A program made the translations under genes and the position numbers. A DNA stretch of 63,897 nt, the filler included, from Trichomonas gallinae (taxonomy: Eukaryota), in the NCBI GenBank assembly GCA_008369845.1. It is 5 parts of 5 records of this genome, joined end to end, with 100 filler letters (N's around TTAATTAATTAA, not from the genome) between each part and the next. Parts side by side here need not be neighbours in the genome. Positions count along the whole stretch, not along the records: positions 1 to 22,098 come from MRSU01000364.1; 4 more parts are not named here. One strand, given 5' to 3'. Position 1 is the first letter of the stretch. Each line of letters begins with the position of its first letter. Shown here piece by piece: positions 1 through 11,449 of the stretch. Under the pieces are notes generated by a model. It saw only the letters and a list, made by a program, of their open reading frames with translations. It had not been told where the DNA came from and ran no database searches.

Positions 1-471
1 AGTACCAAAATCAAGCGTTACTCACTCAGATAAAAGCAACATGTAAACTTAGGTATCACTTACTTGTCATCAGCTTCAACCTCTCTCATCACTTGCAGTC
101 TCATCTTGTACATCACCAGCTTCAACATTTCTCATCATTTTATGTATCATCTTGCACATCAATTTTAAAAACAACTCCCACCCTTTACAGCATTCTCTTT
201 CATAAAACAGATTTCTATTTTCCATAATATATATTATTATACACTTGTTAATAATATATGACTAAAAATGTTTTTATTTTTACCATTCAATTTTTTTCAA
301 TGTTTTATATAATCAAAAAGTGAATATTTCTAATAAAACAAATACATAAAAATAAATTTAAATAATTCTAACATGTAAATCATTAGCATCTACATATATA
401 TGATTATTTATTTTTTGAAAATGTTGACTAAATACGTAAATAAAATGAAATTTTTGAAATGATTTTTTATT

Positions 472-1377
472 ATGTCCAACGTGTGGTCCGGAATTGATCA
501 TTACAATGACAAAACTTTTATTGAAACATCAATAAAAATGCCACTCCAGGTATTTTCGAACAATTTCGCCCCTTATACATTGAAATTCAGACAAATAGGA
601 GATCAAAAAAAGGCAGAAGCAGTCATCTTCCTTCCTAGTGCCTACGAAAGTGAAGCTTCATGCTTCAGAATTGCTCCTTTATTTGAGAAAGCTGGCTATC
701 GCTTTGTTTCTGTTACAACGGATAATCATACTGATTTCGAAATGTGTATTCAAACATTCGATCAGTTCTACAGGTACCTTGGTGTCACCGCAATACACTA
801 CATTGGTGTTGATTTCGGTGGTTTTCTTGCATTACAGCTTCAAAATACAATAAATTTTGCTGCAAAGTGCCTTTCACTTACACTAATTAACTCATACACA
901 CGAAATGATATGTTTGTACCACGCAAAATTACAATGTATTCAGTTTTTGGTTCATTTGTTGCGAAATCTAATCTTATGAGCGAACTAACAGACGTTGATC
1001 TTTCTCTTCCTCCACTAAATTCTACAGAGTTTGTTAAAAAAGAAGTAGAATCCATGAAAATGGTTGAAGCTAGAGATCGAATGGAATTAAGAATGGCAAT
1101 GACACCACCACTTTATTTACATGTTCCACCACAAGCTATCATGTCAATTGAGCCACTCGATCGTAGAATGGGATTCACACCAAGATTTCTTCCTTCGTTG
1201 ACAATTTCCGGAGTTAAGCAAGCATTAATGAAACAGGGTGGGGATTTTCCTCACTTAGAATGCCCAGAAGACTGCTTTACTTACATTCTTTGTCATATTA
1301 AAAAGTGGACGCCAATAACAGAAGCAGATATTCAAGAAACACCTCAAGATACTGCTGAGAATCAAGCTCAGGAATAA
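472..1377 (+). CDS. Maspardin (SPG21)-like alpha/beta-hydrolase fold protein
   Basis: 301-aa ORF; VIFLP, HYIGVDFGGFLA (nucleophile-elbow region lacking Ser), SLTLINSY and QALMKQGGDFPHL resemble maspardin motifs. Confidence 0.7.
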   Translation: MSNVWSGIDHYNDKTFIETSIKMPLQVFSNNFAPYTLKFRQIGDQKKAEAVIFLPSAYESEASCFRIAPLFEKAGYRFVSVTTDNHTDFEMCIQTFDQFYRYLGVTAIHYIGVDFGGFLALQLQNTINFAAKCLSLTLINSYTRNDMFVPRKITMYSVFGSFVAKSNLMSELTDVDLSLPPLNSTEFVKKEVESMKMVEARDRMELRMAMTPPLYLHVPPQAIMSIEPLDRRMGFTPRFLPSLTISGVKQALMKQGGDFPHLECPEDCFTYILCHIKKWTPITEADIQETPQDTAENQAQE

Positions 1378-1638
1378 ATATGTAGTTATTTGTATTTTTC
1401 ATTTTTCTTACATTTTTATTATATAGCATTATAAAAAATAAATATATTCATAGAGAAACAACTAATTTAATGCACATTTCCATGCTATATGCAATTAAAA
1501 TATTTTCAAAAAAATTATTTATGTGTTTTCATTTTCGCACATTTGAAAAAGAGATTGCTGGAGATGGTTATTTCAAATAATATTAAACAATAACATTTAT
1601 CGTACAAACAACAAAATAATATTATAAATTTTCAATTT

Positions 1639-1866
1639 CTATAGCATTAACTTACGAAGTAGTTCTGGTGATGCATCATGGTAGTGCTTTGGCTGTGTAG
1701 AATAGAAATTTGGATGAACAGTATTGACATAAGAATACTGAATCGTTGGTTTCGAGCAGGTAATTTGAGAGTTTACGCGTGGTTTGTTAAAAACGCATTG
1801 CATATTCGCTGTATTTATGTTTTCTTTCGCTATATACTGTGTACTCATTCTAAAAATTTGTTTCAT
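1639..1866 (-). CDS. Possible small hypothetical protein
   Basis: 75-aa ATG ORF that is GC-richer than its flanks; no recognisable domain. Confidence 0.25.
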   Translation of the reverse strand: MKQIFRMSTQYIAKENINTANMQCVFNKPRVNSQITCSKPTIQYSYVNTVHPNFYSTQPKHYHDASPELLRKLML

Positions 1867-2665
1867 AAACGTATGATTTTGTCAGTTTTTGGAGATTTTG
1901 TTTTTCAAAAATCGTGTTTCGGAATATTTATCCATTGTTACATATCTCTTATACATGCACAATATCGATTACTCATCTTAAAAATAGCTATTACCATTGA
2001 ACAAATTACTCAACAAAATTTTGACAAAAATCGATAATGTTTGACATGTAAGCTATACAAAATTATTCGGAATATATATATATTCTGAAAATCTACTTTA
2101 ATATATTCTTTATAACATTATATCATGGCATTGCGTCTAAGTTAGTTTTCAAAGTGCTTAGAGTTTTACATTCAAAGAAAGATTATAAACTATGTTTTTC
2201 GACTGAAATTTCTCAACCAGCAGCTCTTTTTTTCTAGTCTATATTCCAATATTTCATTTTTTATTTTGTAGACTTGATTTTTTAAATTTGCGAAACAGAT
2301 TCAATTTAAATTTAAATGAAAATGTGAATCTAGATTGTAAAATGTGAGATTTTTATTTACTTTTTAATATAACCTATAAAAAGAGTATCTCCCAAGACAT
2401 GACATAAAAATCAGTTTCAATCTTAAAAAAAATTCAATATAAAGCTATTTAGCTAATATTATACAAAATATGCCTTGATAAGTCTAGATTTCTTAATATA
2501 ATTGGTATTCGTACATGATAACATTAGCATTAACAATTCACGTTATCAGAAATTAACTGTCATGATTTAAATTTAAATCGATATTATGATGGATTATTAA
2601 TAAAACATGACGCTTAAACTAAAGGTTTTAGGATTTAGATTGATTCTTTTTTCTGTATAACGATT

Positions 2666-3979
2666 TCATTCAAATGCACCATTGTCTAGTAAATAAGATC
2701 TGATTTCCATCGTTTTTGATAATGACAAAGCAGTGTTTCCAATTTTATCTTTTTTGTTGACATCTGCACCTTTTTCGATCAATATTTTAACATTATTGAT
2801 ACTATGATGCTGTACAGCAATCATAAGAGGAGTTCTTCCATTCCTATCTTGAAAATCAATTTCTACACCATGATCTATAAGAATTCTAGTGACTTCGGAG
2901 TCTTCAAGTGCGCATGATGAACAAAGCAGATTGCTGCCAAATATTGAAACAACCTGAGTGTTTGCTCCATTTTCAATTAGCAGCTTAACAATATCTGGGT
3001 CAGAAGAGATAACAGCTATCATTAAAGGTGTTACATTCGAACTATCGCACACATCAATATTCACATGATTCTCAATAAGTTTTTTAACAATTGGAATTGA
3101 ATGGAGAACAACTGCGACCGATAAAGCAGGTAACGAATCCACATTTATGCAGTTTATATCAGCACCAAGGTCAAGCAGGTCTTGAACTAAAGATGTCAGT
3201 CTGAAGGAAGGAGAGGCAGTCAAATATTTGTCAAAATTTTTCGTTTGACAAATTAGATAAATAAAAAGAGGTAAACAAATAAAATCTTGAACATTATCAA
3301 GGCTAATATTGAGGCCATATTTTTCTTTGAGCCATAAAGCCGTTTCTATCTCATGTATTTTTATAGTCATTCTCATGCAGTTGTCATTTGGCTCCTGAAA
3401 ATTGAGGCATTCGTTGATAATTTCTTTGTTTCTTCCCATGAAACTTTTAATCAAACAGTTTGAAGTAATTTTTGTGCCATTGCTTCTTAGGAATTTAAAG
3501 CATTGTATGGAACCATTCCATGCACATTCCTCGAGTAATTCTTTAAAGTTATATTTATTTGAATATAAATCTTTGAATAGTTTTATATCGTCATTGAAAA
3601 TTGCGAAATTTATCGAATTTGGGTCTATTGGATTAAAAATAGGTTCTATATCTGCATTTTTTGATGATAGTAATATCAGTTGTTGAAGGTTGGATGATTT
3701 CATGCGTTTATCAATATCTGTATTAAATTCATTTTTCATTCTATTATACAATTCCCAAAGACCTCTCTTGTATCTTGAATTAGACATCAATGAATTTGAT
3801 ATCACATACATAAAAACACTAGCGTCGCATTCATTTCGCTCAAGATAATTTTTGATTCTGTAAAATATCTGTGTAATATCATTTGTATTTAAGTTTATAA
3901 TATCTTTCATTATAGTGATATAATCGGCATATTTGTTCATCATGTTATCATATAACTCTTCATCGAAATTACCATACAT
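2666..3979 (-). CDS. Ankyrin-repeat protein (trichomonad DUF3447-type N-terminal region plus C-terminal ANK repeats)
   Basis: Repeats TPLMIAV...IVKLLIENGAN and GRTPLMIAVQHHSINNVKILIEKGADVN; LEECAWNGSIQCFKFL region; first in-frame ATG at 3979. Confidence 0.9.
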   Translation of the reverse strand: MYGNFDEELYDNMMNKYADYITIMKDIINLNTNDITQIFYRIKNYLERNECDASVFMYVISNSLMSNSRYKRGLWELYNRMKNEFNTDIDKRMKSSNLQQLILLSSKNADIEPIFNPIDPNSINFAIFNDDIKLFKDLYSNKYNFKELLEECAWNGSIQCFKFLRSNGTKITSNCLIKSFMGRNKEIINECLNFQEPNDNCMRMTIKIHEIETALWLKEKYGLNISLDNVQDFICLPLFIYLICQTKNFDKYLTASPSFRLTSLVQDLLDLGADINCINVDSLPALSVAVVLHSIPIVKKLIENHVNIDVCDSSNVTPLMIAVISSDPDIVKLLIENGANTQVVSIFGSNLLCSSCALEDSEVTRILIDHGVEIDFQDRNGRTPLMIAVQHHSINNVKILIEKGADVNKKDKIGNTALSLSKTMEIRSYLLDNGAFE

Positions 3980-4000
3980 AAAAAATATAACAAAAAATAA

Positions 4001-4092
4001 TTGACAATTTACAAAATAATTTGACTTATTGACAAATAAATTAAAAATCGTCAAATTTGCCAAATATTTGACAATTTACAAAGTAATTTGAC
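4001..4092. repeat. Duplicated 25-nt TTGACAATTTACAAA(A/G)TAATTTGAC element in a divergent promoter
   Basis: Copies at 4001-4025 and 4068-4092, between the head-to-head ATGs at 3979 and 4153. Confidence 0.7.
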
Positions 4093-4152
4093 AAGATGCG
4101 TAAAAGTGATGAATTTACAAAACAAAAATGACAAATTATTAAAAAGTGACAA

Positions 4153-5160
4153 ATGAGCAATTCGGACATTAAATTAACTGAAGAAACGAATTCGCATAGT
4201 GAGAACTTGAATGAGTCCGAAATTCAGTCGAAGGAAGTGAGTGAAGTTAAAGTAGTTGCTGAAGAAGAAGAAAAACTCGATGAATTTATTCTACAAGAAA
4301 CGTTAGAACAAGAAACTCAAAAAAATTCAAACCGATCAGACTTACCTCGACCTAAAACATCACAAAAAACTTATTTTGCTCGTCGTTATGAATCAAATGT
4401 GATGCAATCTCCAAAAAGACGAAAATTCAATCCAGAACTTATTACAAAACAGCAAACAAGTTCATCAGCACCATGTAGTCCAGTGGTACGCCACATAAAA
4501 CAACATGAAAAGCCAAGTTTACCTCCAAAACGTGAACCAGTGAGATTAGAATGCCACAAGTGCATAAAACTATCAGATGATCAATTTAATGAACTTAACA
4601 AATCATATAAGTCGAATCTGAGGCCAAAAAGACGTTTTGATGATGAAGATTATAAAATTAAGCCTATTGAACATAATCCTGAAGCTGTTCAAGAAAATAT
4701 TCCGAAATGCTACAAGACGACAGAGGATAAATTCGAACGCAGAAGGATTGATACACTTAATCAATATTCTCACGAAGAGCCAACAATTGATTCATATTTA
4801 CAGAAGAATTTCAAGCCAACATATCATACAAAGTCAGAAAAGCTAAAAAACGAATGTACAAGACAAAAGATTCTAATTCAGCAGAGAAAAATTCAAGTTG
4901 AGCAGCTAAACGAAGAAATGAGACGTGCTTCTATATTAGAAGCCCAACAAAAAATGGCAACAAGGCCAACAAAACAAAGAACAATCGATAATCCTGAAAA
5001 AACGATTCGTGACATGAGGACAAATATGCGCAACAACTATGAGTCATACATGAATTTCATCAACCAAATGAAGGATAATCTCAACAAGAGACAAAGTTTG
5101 TTAGAACGAATTGAAAATGAGTTGGTTGTTGCTTATCCAGATGTTTTGGTGGATGAGTAA
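4153..5160 (+). CDS. Hypothetical protein, charged, with C-terminal coiled coil
   Basis: 335-aa ORF; AAAGTGAC lies just upstream of the ATG. Confidence 0.8.
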   Translation: MSNSDIKLTEETNSHSENLNESEIQSKEVSEVKVVAEEEEKLDEFILQETLEQETQKNSNRSDLPRPKTSQKTYFARRYESNVMQSPKRRKFNPELITKQQTSSSAPCSPVVRHIKQHEKPSLPPKREPVRLECHKCIKLSDDQFNELNKSYKSNLRPKRRFDDEDYKIKPIEHNPEAVQENIPKCYKTTEDKFERRRIDTLNQYSHEEPTIDSYLQKNFKPTYHTKSEKLKNECTRQKILIQQRKIQVEQLNEEMRRASILEAQQKMATRPTKQRTIDNPEKTIRDMRTNMRNNYESYMNFINQMKDNLNKRQSLLERIENELVVAYPDVLVDE

Positions 5161-5451
5161 GCTCTGATAATATTCTTAAAATGTTTGAATTGTTATTTTT
5201 TATCCAAATTATTTTTTGCTTTTTAATTTTATTCTATATTAAATTAATGTTTACACAAATCTCTTCAATATATCATGTTTACTGTGATTAATAAGATGTA
5301 TTATGATAATAAATATAATTTTGTAGAATATTATGATTTATCTGGATATGTATGTGTAAAAGGTTATATTATGTAAAAGATATATGATTTTGTTGTACTA
5401 AAAACAGAATTTACATGGTAAAAAAAGAAATAAAAACAAATATTATTCATC

Positions 5452-6360
5452 TTATGCATTATTCCAGTCATATGTAATGTTTTTGTTAATGTCAACCTTT
5501 GGAAAAGCTGTTTTAAAAGCAGAAATTAAAAGATTTTCAATTTTTTGATAATTTGGCGCATCATTGAATCTCATCTGTTTGATATAATAATATATCTTAG
5601 AAAACTCGGGTGGACAATCTTTGAATAGTTTCTCTGGCTTTATTTTTTGTTTTGTTTCCAAAACTAATAATTGATTTTCCTTTGGATTAGATCCACCTAA
5701 TGATATCCAAGGCAAATATCCTTTAAGGAAATATACCCATATGTATAAAAGAGACTCAATATCATCTCTACGTGAACTTCCAATTCCATCTAATGAATTT
5801 ATAGAAGCAAATCGAGCATTACCAGTGAATGAGCATCCTTTCATATATCCTATATGTGCACCTGATGCTGGGTCTAAATATCGGTAGCTTAGTCCATAAT
5901 CGATTAAACAAATGTCATTTGCCTGATCTTTTCGCAAAAGGAAATTCTCTGGCTTCAGATCATGATGTACATAGCCAAATTTATGAACATACTCAACGCA
6001 TTTCAACATTTTCATTGCTAATAATAAAGTCGTCGATAATGTAAATTTTCCATTGCAAATCTGAAGCATCTGATAAAGAGAACTTCCAAGTAGCTCCATT
6101 ACCATCACTGTATGGTTATTTGATGATCCTATCCAATAAATTTCAGGAATGAATGGAGATGATTTGAACGATTTGTATACACTGTACTCATACATAAGAA
6201 TATGTGATTTAGAATTAAGCTTTTCCATTTTAATTGCTACTTCTTTTTGTGTTTGTTGATCAATTCCAGCAAAAACTTGTCCAAAACTTCCATCCGCGAT
6301 GCTATGAGTGATTTTGTACCTCCCTCTATCGACTGATGAAAATGGGAAAACATTTTGCAT
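5452..6360 (-). CDS. Casein kinase 1 family Ser/Thr kinase
   Basis: IADGSFGQV, VAIKME, VMELLG, HHDLKPENFL, DYG, TGNARFASIN, SRRDDIES. Confidence 0.95.
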   Translation of the reverse strand: MQNVFPFSSVDRGRYKITHSIADGSFGQVFAGIDQQTQKEVAIKMEKLNSKSHILMYEYSVYKSFKSSPFIPEIYWIGSSNNHTVMVMELLGSSLYQMLQICNGKFTLSTTLLLAMKMLKCVEYVHKFGYVHHDLKPENFLLRKDQANDICLIDYGLSYRYLDPASGAHIGYMKGCSFTGNARFASINSLDGIGSSRRDDIESLLYIWVYFLKGYLPWISLGGSNPKENQLLVLETKQKIKPEKLFKDCPPEFSKIYYYIKQMRFNDAPNYQKIENLLISAFKTAFPKVDINKNITYDWNNA

Positions 6361-7238
6361 TGGTCGGAATTTTTTTTAATATTTTTTATCGTTCTTGTCA
6401 AAATCAGAAAGATTTTGAATTATTTTTTCTTTGATATTTAAATTATATTTTATTTAAATAACAATTTCCTCAGTAAATTTTTTCATTTCATGGTTAATTT
6501 AATTTCTCAGAAATTTTAATCAGCAGCTGTTTTCATCCATTATAAACTTGATATGGAATATACTCCACATACAAGTTGGGGAAAAATAGACTTAAAAAAA
6601 TAATATTAAAAATTTACCAACTTTCTAGCCATAATGCTTTTCTTGAGCTCAACATTAGAATTCACTCGTTTCTCCAAAGATTTTTTTCACATCATTCAAA
6701 AACTATCTTTATACAAAAGAAGACAAAAATCTCAACATAGTAGCACCAATCCGCGATGGTGAACGATATTGAAGAAATAGTTAAATGGTAAATATACAAT
6801 TTATGGAAGAATTTTTCAAAAATGTCAGCAAACTGATATTTTAATAGAGCTAAGTATGCCAGGTTTAGCCAGCCACAACAAATTTCCAATACTTCGAGGT
6901 ATCAAAATATATCAATTCATCCCTTAGTAAATACAATTGTAAAATAACGTACAAATTTTGAAAAAATGCGACACTAAATTTTTCATAGAAAAAGTTTCAA
7001 ATTCGAGGCAATAAGAATTTTGCTTGAAAATATAATGCACTCATGTAATACATTTAAAATACATTAATAATCAATTCACGACAATTTTTTGAGTGGAAAT
7101 AACGACTTATAAGTAGCAGGAACACGAGACCAGATAAGAAGGAAGAAACAAGTAGTCAAAAAATGCCTTTATTAGAAATTTCAAAAATTGAGTGATAAAT
7201 TTTTCAAAAATTTCCAACAGACAAATCATTTTTGGATA

Positions 7239-8261
7239 ATGATTCCACAAGAAATTACATGCACTATTACAGGATGCAAGCATACAGTTGTATATGGTAA
7301 CACAAACTACAAGAAACTCAAAGAATGGGCCAAAGATGCATTATACAGAATGGATTTCGGCGAAAAAATAATTTTAGCATTAGACTGCGAAGGATTTTGC
7401 TTAGGCTCAAGAAAGGATTCATTAGGACTAATCCAATTTGCAGAATGCTTTACAAAAGATTTCTTCAAAAATACAAATACAGTTACAACTCCAGTTTCGA
7501 TCAATTTAAAGAATGGATTTTTGGTTAAAGCTCCAATGACAAACGGTGTAAAGCAATTACTATCATCTGTTTTTAATCATAAGAATATTATGATTGCAAT
7601 GTACGATTTTACATCAGATATCACAGCCATGATGGAGTCAGGTTTAAGGATAAATTTAAGAGGAATTGTTGATGGACAAGCAACAGAAACATTTGATGAA
7701 AACGATTTAACAAAATACTTTAGCCGAGCTTCATCAACAAGTTTAAAGGTTGCTTGCAGTCAAGCAAATAACTGCGTTGAGTATAATAATGCCAGCTATG
7801 CAATCAATCACAAAAATTCAATTCCATTTTCTCAATTGGTTTATGATTTGAAGAACGAGAAGGATCCATTCACATGCATGTGCACATCTGAGTTTTGGAG
7901 ATATTCAAGTGATGATATAGCTTTAACAGCAATTGCAATTGTTTCTGCAATTCAAGTAATTTCACCACATCAGTTATTTATCAATTCGCAGGCAAAAGTT
8001 AGGGGATTCAAGCAGTTAAATAAGCAATATGGTGATCATGGCGCCGTTTTCAAGCGCAGACTTTCTTTTGCTCCAAAAATTGATGATATAATCGATAGTA
8101 AGAATGACGCATACAAGATTTGGTCAGCAATTTCATATTTTATCGAGAATTATAATTTATATGCAAATTGTGTTGATGAGCCATACTCTCAGGATAAACT
8201 GAAAAGCTATTTGAACGAAGCAGAGAAGTGGCTTCAAACTTCCCAGTGCATATTTGTTTGA
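7239..8261 (+). CDS. DEDDy 3'-5' exonuclease (EXD1/Egalitarian-like)
   Basis: ExoI ALDCEG followed by LGLIQ, ExoII-like YDFTSD, ExoIII-like RYSSDDI; ATG at 7239 follows Inr-like TCATTT. Confidence 0.65.
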   Translation: MIPQEITCTITGCKHTVVYGNTNYKKLKEWAKDALYRMDFGEKIILALDCEGFCLGSRKDSLGLIQFAECFTKDFFKNTNTVTTPVSINLKNGFLVKAPMTNGVKQLLSSVFNHKNIMIAMYDFTSDITAMMESGLRINLRGIVDGQATETFDENDLTKYFSRASSTSLKVACSQANNCVEYNNASYAINHKNSIPFSQLVYDLKNEKDPFTCMCTSEFWRYSSDDIALTAIAIVSAIQVISPHQLFINSQAKVRGFKQLNKQYGDHGAVFKRRLSFAPKIDDIIDSKNDAYKIWSAISYFIENYNLYANCVDEPYSQDKLKSYLNEAEKWLQTSQCIFV

Positions 8262-8435
8262 AATATTAAAAAAATTTAAAAAAGAATAAAAAAAAATTAG
8301 ATTTCCATATTGAAATAATGCTTATTTTGGTTAATCATGGAAATTTCCAATTAGAATTAAGAAGATGAATGGATTTGTCGTGTAAATAATAATTTTGCCA
8401 TGTAAAATGACAAAAATTTCTATATAAAAATTTCC

Positions 8436-10004
8436 ATGAATGAACCAAAAGCATTTGTTGATCAGAGACCTTGGTATTATATGTTCTTTGGTGTGGAGCT
8501 TGTATATTTCATAGTTGGCATATGTAATGTATACATTATCGCTCATTCGATGTTATACATTATTTCGTATTTTGACAGAGTTGATATTCCTTATATAACA
8601 GCAGCTCCAATGCCTCAAGGTCCTACTCCAGCGCCAACACCAATGCCAAAACCGGTTGGTGATGAAGATAAAACTAAACTTAAGCAAATCAAAAAAGATT
8701 TTCAAAAATTGTACTTCGAATATCTTACCAAAGCAGAAAATCACGATTTCCTAACAACAAATCCGCCTTATTACTCAGATTATTTTAATTCGTCTGTGAC
8801 ATTGCTAGAATTGCTACCAACATTATATATTATGGGATTTAAGAAAGATCTAAATAGAAAACTCAAGAAATTAGACTTCACTCAAATGAAATTTCCTTCT
8901 TCATTTTCAAGATCAGATTTTGTAAGCCAAATTCTATCCCCTTTGCTCTCATTATACGATATGAGTCATTTTACAGATGTTACAACACATTTATCTAACA
9001 TTTTCAAGTTTTTCACATATGCAACAAATTCAAATGCTGTAGCTGATAGAATGGTTACAGATTTCCAAGGTATTGCTATACATTCTGATGATACAATAAT
9101 GGAGGCGCATATGGTTGGTTCAACACAGTTAGAATACCTTGCATTTCATAAATTTTTCAAAGATCAAAAAATATATGATATAATGCTTGGCCCATTTATA
9201 ACTTTCTTTGAGGGACAAACATCAGGTTTGATTGCTGATACTGCTAATGCCCAAAATCAAACAGTTTTTGAAGGATCATATTCAATCTCGAAAAACGGTC
9301 GTAGCTACTTAGATTACTTTTTAAAGCTTCACTTGATGACTAATGGGTCCTCACTTAACTTTTTTAGTAGATTTAACAATTATTATCAAGATGCAGAAAA
9401 ATTAAAATTAGTTTACAATAATTTCTTCCTTAGAATAAAGGATTCAAAAATTCTAGATGAAGTATTAATAGAAGAAGCCTTTCTTCCAGGAATGGAAATT
9501 TTATCAAATTTAGACAATAGAAAACGAGCTGATGATATTCTTAATGCTTATTTGAGCATTAGAAATACAAACAAGTTTGGCCTTTTCCCACAAAAGGTTT
9601 CTGTTCAAAATGGAATGAAAATTTTAGATGGAAAAATTGTATTTCCGATTAGATTGATGGAATCATTATATATTATGTATAAAAAGACTCATGACAATAA
9701 GTATAGAGAAATAGCATGGGAAATACACACAAGTTATGTTAAAAATATTTATTCATCGAAGGGATTCCGAAACTTAGAGATTTCATTGGATGGAAAAGAA
9801 CTGAAACAGATTGATGGACCAGTTGATCCAAATATATGCGGTGGATACTACACATATCTTTATTTAATATTTTCTGATTCTTCAATATTCCCTATAAGAG
9901 ACTGGACTTTCACCTGGAATGGTCATCCACTAAGAAATGTGAAGAAAATACGCGGTTTTGATGCACGTCTTGCTAGAATTGATAGTTTCTTCTTTTTAAT
10001 GTGA
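8436..10004 (+). CDS. Glycoside hydrolase family 47 (alpha-1,2-mannosidase)-like type II membrane protein, divergent
   Basis: N-terminal TM and Pro-rich stem; TLYIMG, STQLEY, ESLYIMYKKTHDNKYREIAWEI, YLYLIFSD and GHPL align with GH47 motifs. Confidence 0.8.
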   Translation: MNEPKAFVDQRPWYYMFFGVELVYFIVGICNVYIIAHSMLYIISYFDRVDIPYITAAPMPQGPTPAPTPMPKPVGDEDKTKLKQIKKDFQKLYFEYLTKAENHDFLTTNPPYYSDYFNSSVTLLELLPTLYIMGFKKDLNRKLKKLDFTQMKFPSSFSRSDFVSQILSPLLSLYDMSHFTDVTTHLSNIFKFFTYATNSNAVADRMVTDFQGIAIHSDDTIMEAHMVGSTQLEYLAFHKFFKDQKIYDIMLGPFITFFEGQTSGLIADTANAQNQTVFEGSYSISKNGRSYLDYFLKLHLMTNGSSLNFFSRFNNYYQDAEKLKLVYNNFFLRIKDSKILDEVLIEEAFLPGMEILSNLDNRKRADDILNAYLSIRNTNKFGLFPQKVSVQNGMKILDGKIVFPIRLMESLYIMYKKTHDNKYREIAWEIHTSYVKNIYSSKGFRNLEISLDGKELKQIDGPVDPNICGGYYTYLYLIFSDSSIFPIRDWTFTWNGHPLRNVKKIRGFDARLARIDSFFFLM

Positions 10005-10556
10005 TTTCATTTATTGATGTTATTTGTTTGTGTTATTTAAATCTTTTGGTTTATCAATGCATTATTATTTCACATGTTACATTAGTAAAAACAAATCAAA
10101 CGTAAAAACAAATTATTCAGAGGATATTATATAACACTGACGACAATACTACAAATCAGAAGGATCCAATATGATTGTAATTCACAATTACTACAATATC
10201 TCCATATAAAGAATCATTTCTGTAATAAAGCAAAAAATGCAGTGTAAATCATATAATTCTGCCAATGTAAATGTCAAAGTGTCAAAAATAATTTCTGACA
10301 TATAAAGTAAAAAATATGCCGTGTAACTATAAAGATTTTGACATTGTAAAATTCCCAAAATTATCTAAGAAATGATAAGACTTTTGAAAATTAGGAATGG
10401 GATGAAAGTAATCGCTCCAAACTTCGTGTTCATTATTGCCTTAATGTATATACTGCACTATAAAGGTTTGGAGCAAAAATATAGCTTTGAGCAAGATATA
10501 ACATTTAAAGAAATGGCAAGAAATTATAAAAAGTGACAGATTTCTAATAGCGAAAA

Positions 10557-11189
10557 ATGACAGAAGGTTGGTACGCAAGAGTTATTACAAAACAGACACC
10601 AAATGTTCGCTGGATATCAATTAATGAATATTGGTTTAATATTTACACAAGCAAGAAGGATAAAACTCCACTATTAGCATTGCATACAAGTAAATTGATG
10701 ATTTCAGATGAAACTGATGAGTACTCTAACTCTCATTCGTTTAAAATAGTAATAAATCACACGTGTGCGCAGCGCCATATTACAATTATTACTCCAAATC
10801 AATTTGATATCATCGAAATAAGAGAAAAATTGCAGATAGAAATTGATAGATGGTCTAAACTTGCTGCAACAGCAGCACCAGAATTACCCCATCAATTTGT
10901 TATGGATTCTTCAGGAAAATTTATTTATCGCAATGTTGACAGAATATATGTTAATGTTGTCGATGATGGAATAGAAATCAACCAAGAAGGTAAAGAAACC
11001 ATTAAAATACATGCAAATTCAACATTTGATGTTTATCCAACATTAGAAACAGAAAGAGACCCAAGATGGGTGGCTATTACATCTAATACTGGAAGTCAAC
11101 ATCTCCATTGTCAGACTTTTGAAGATTCAAAACTTTTTGTACATTTATGTTTATTAATGTCCAGTAAGATTAATAATGCCACTGTTTAA
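10557..11189 (+). CDS. Hypothetical protein, possibly PH-like folds
   Basis: 210-aa ORF with a beta-rich pattern ending in an amphipathic helix, seen twice. Confidence 0.7.
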   Translation: MTEGWYARVITKQTPNVRWISINEYWFNIYTSKKDKTPLLALHTSKLMISDETDEYSNSHSFKIVINHTCAQRHITIITPNQFDIIEIREKLQIEIDRWSKLAATAAPELPHQFVMDSSGKFIYRNVDRIYVNVVDDGIEINQEGKETIKIHANSTFDVYPTLETERDPRWVAITSNTGSQHLHCQTFEDSKLFVHLCLLMSSKINNATV

Positions 11190-11449
11190 CTTAGTTTTCA
11201 ATGCGTTTTAGTTTTGTTTTAGTAATTCAAAAATTGATAAAATAATATATTTTGTTTTCGTAAAAATAAATTATAAATTCTATTGTTTTCCGCATATATA
11301 TGAAGCTGACTCGTTTAAATTTTCGTTTATTCTTTTTATTGAATTGATAAAATACTATTATAAGGGCCAATTCTAATGAAAAATCGAATTACACAAACGA
11401 ATTTAATGCATATAACATTTCATATAATACAAAAATAATAATTAATAAC

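Noticed and set aside
6600..6950. Slightly coding-like intergenic stretch
   Set aside because: Stops in all frames and no recognisable motif
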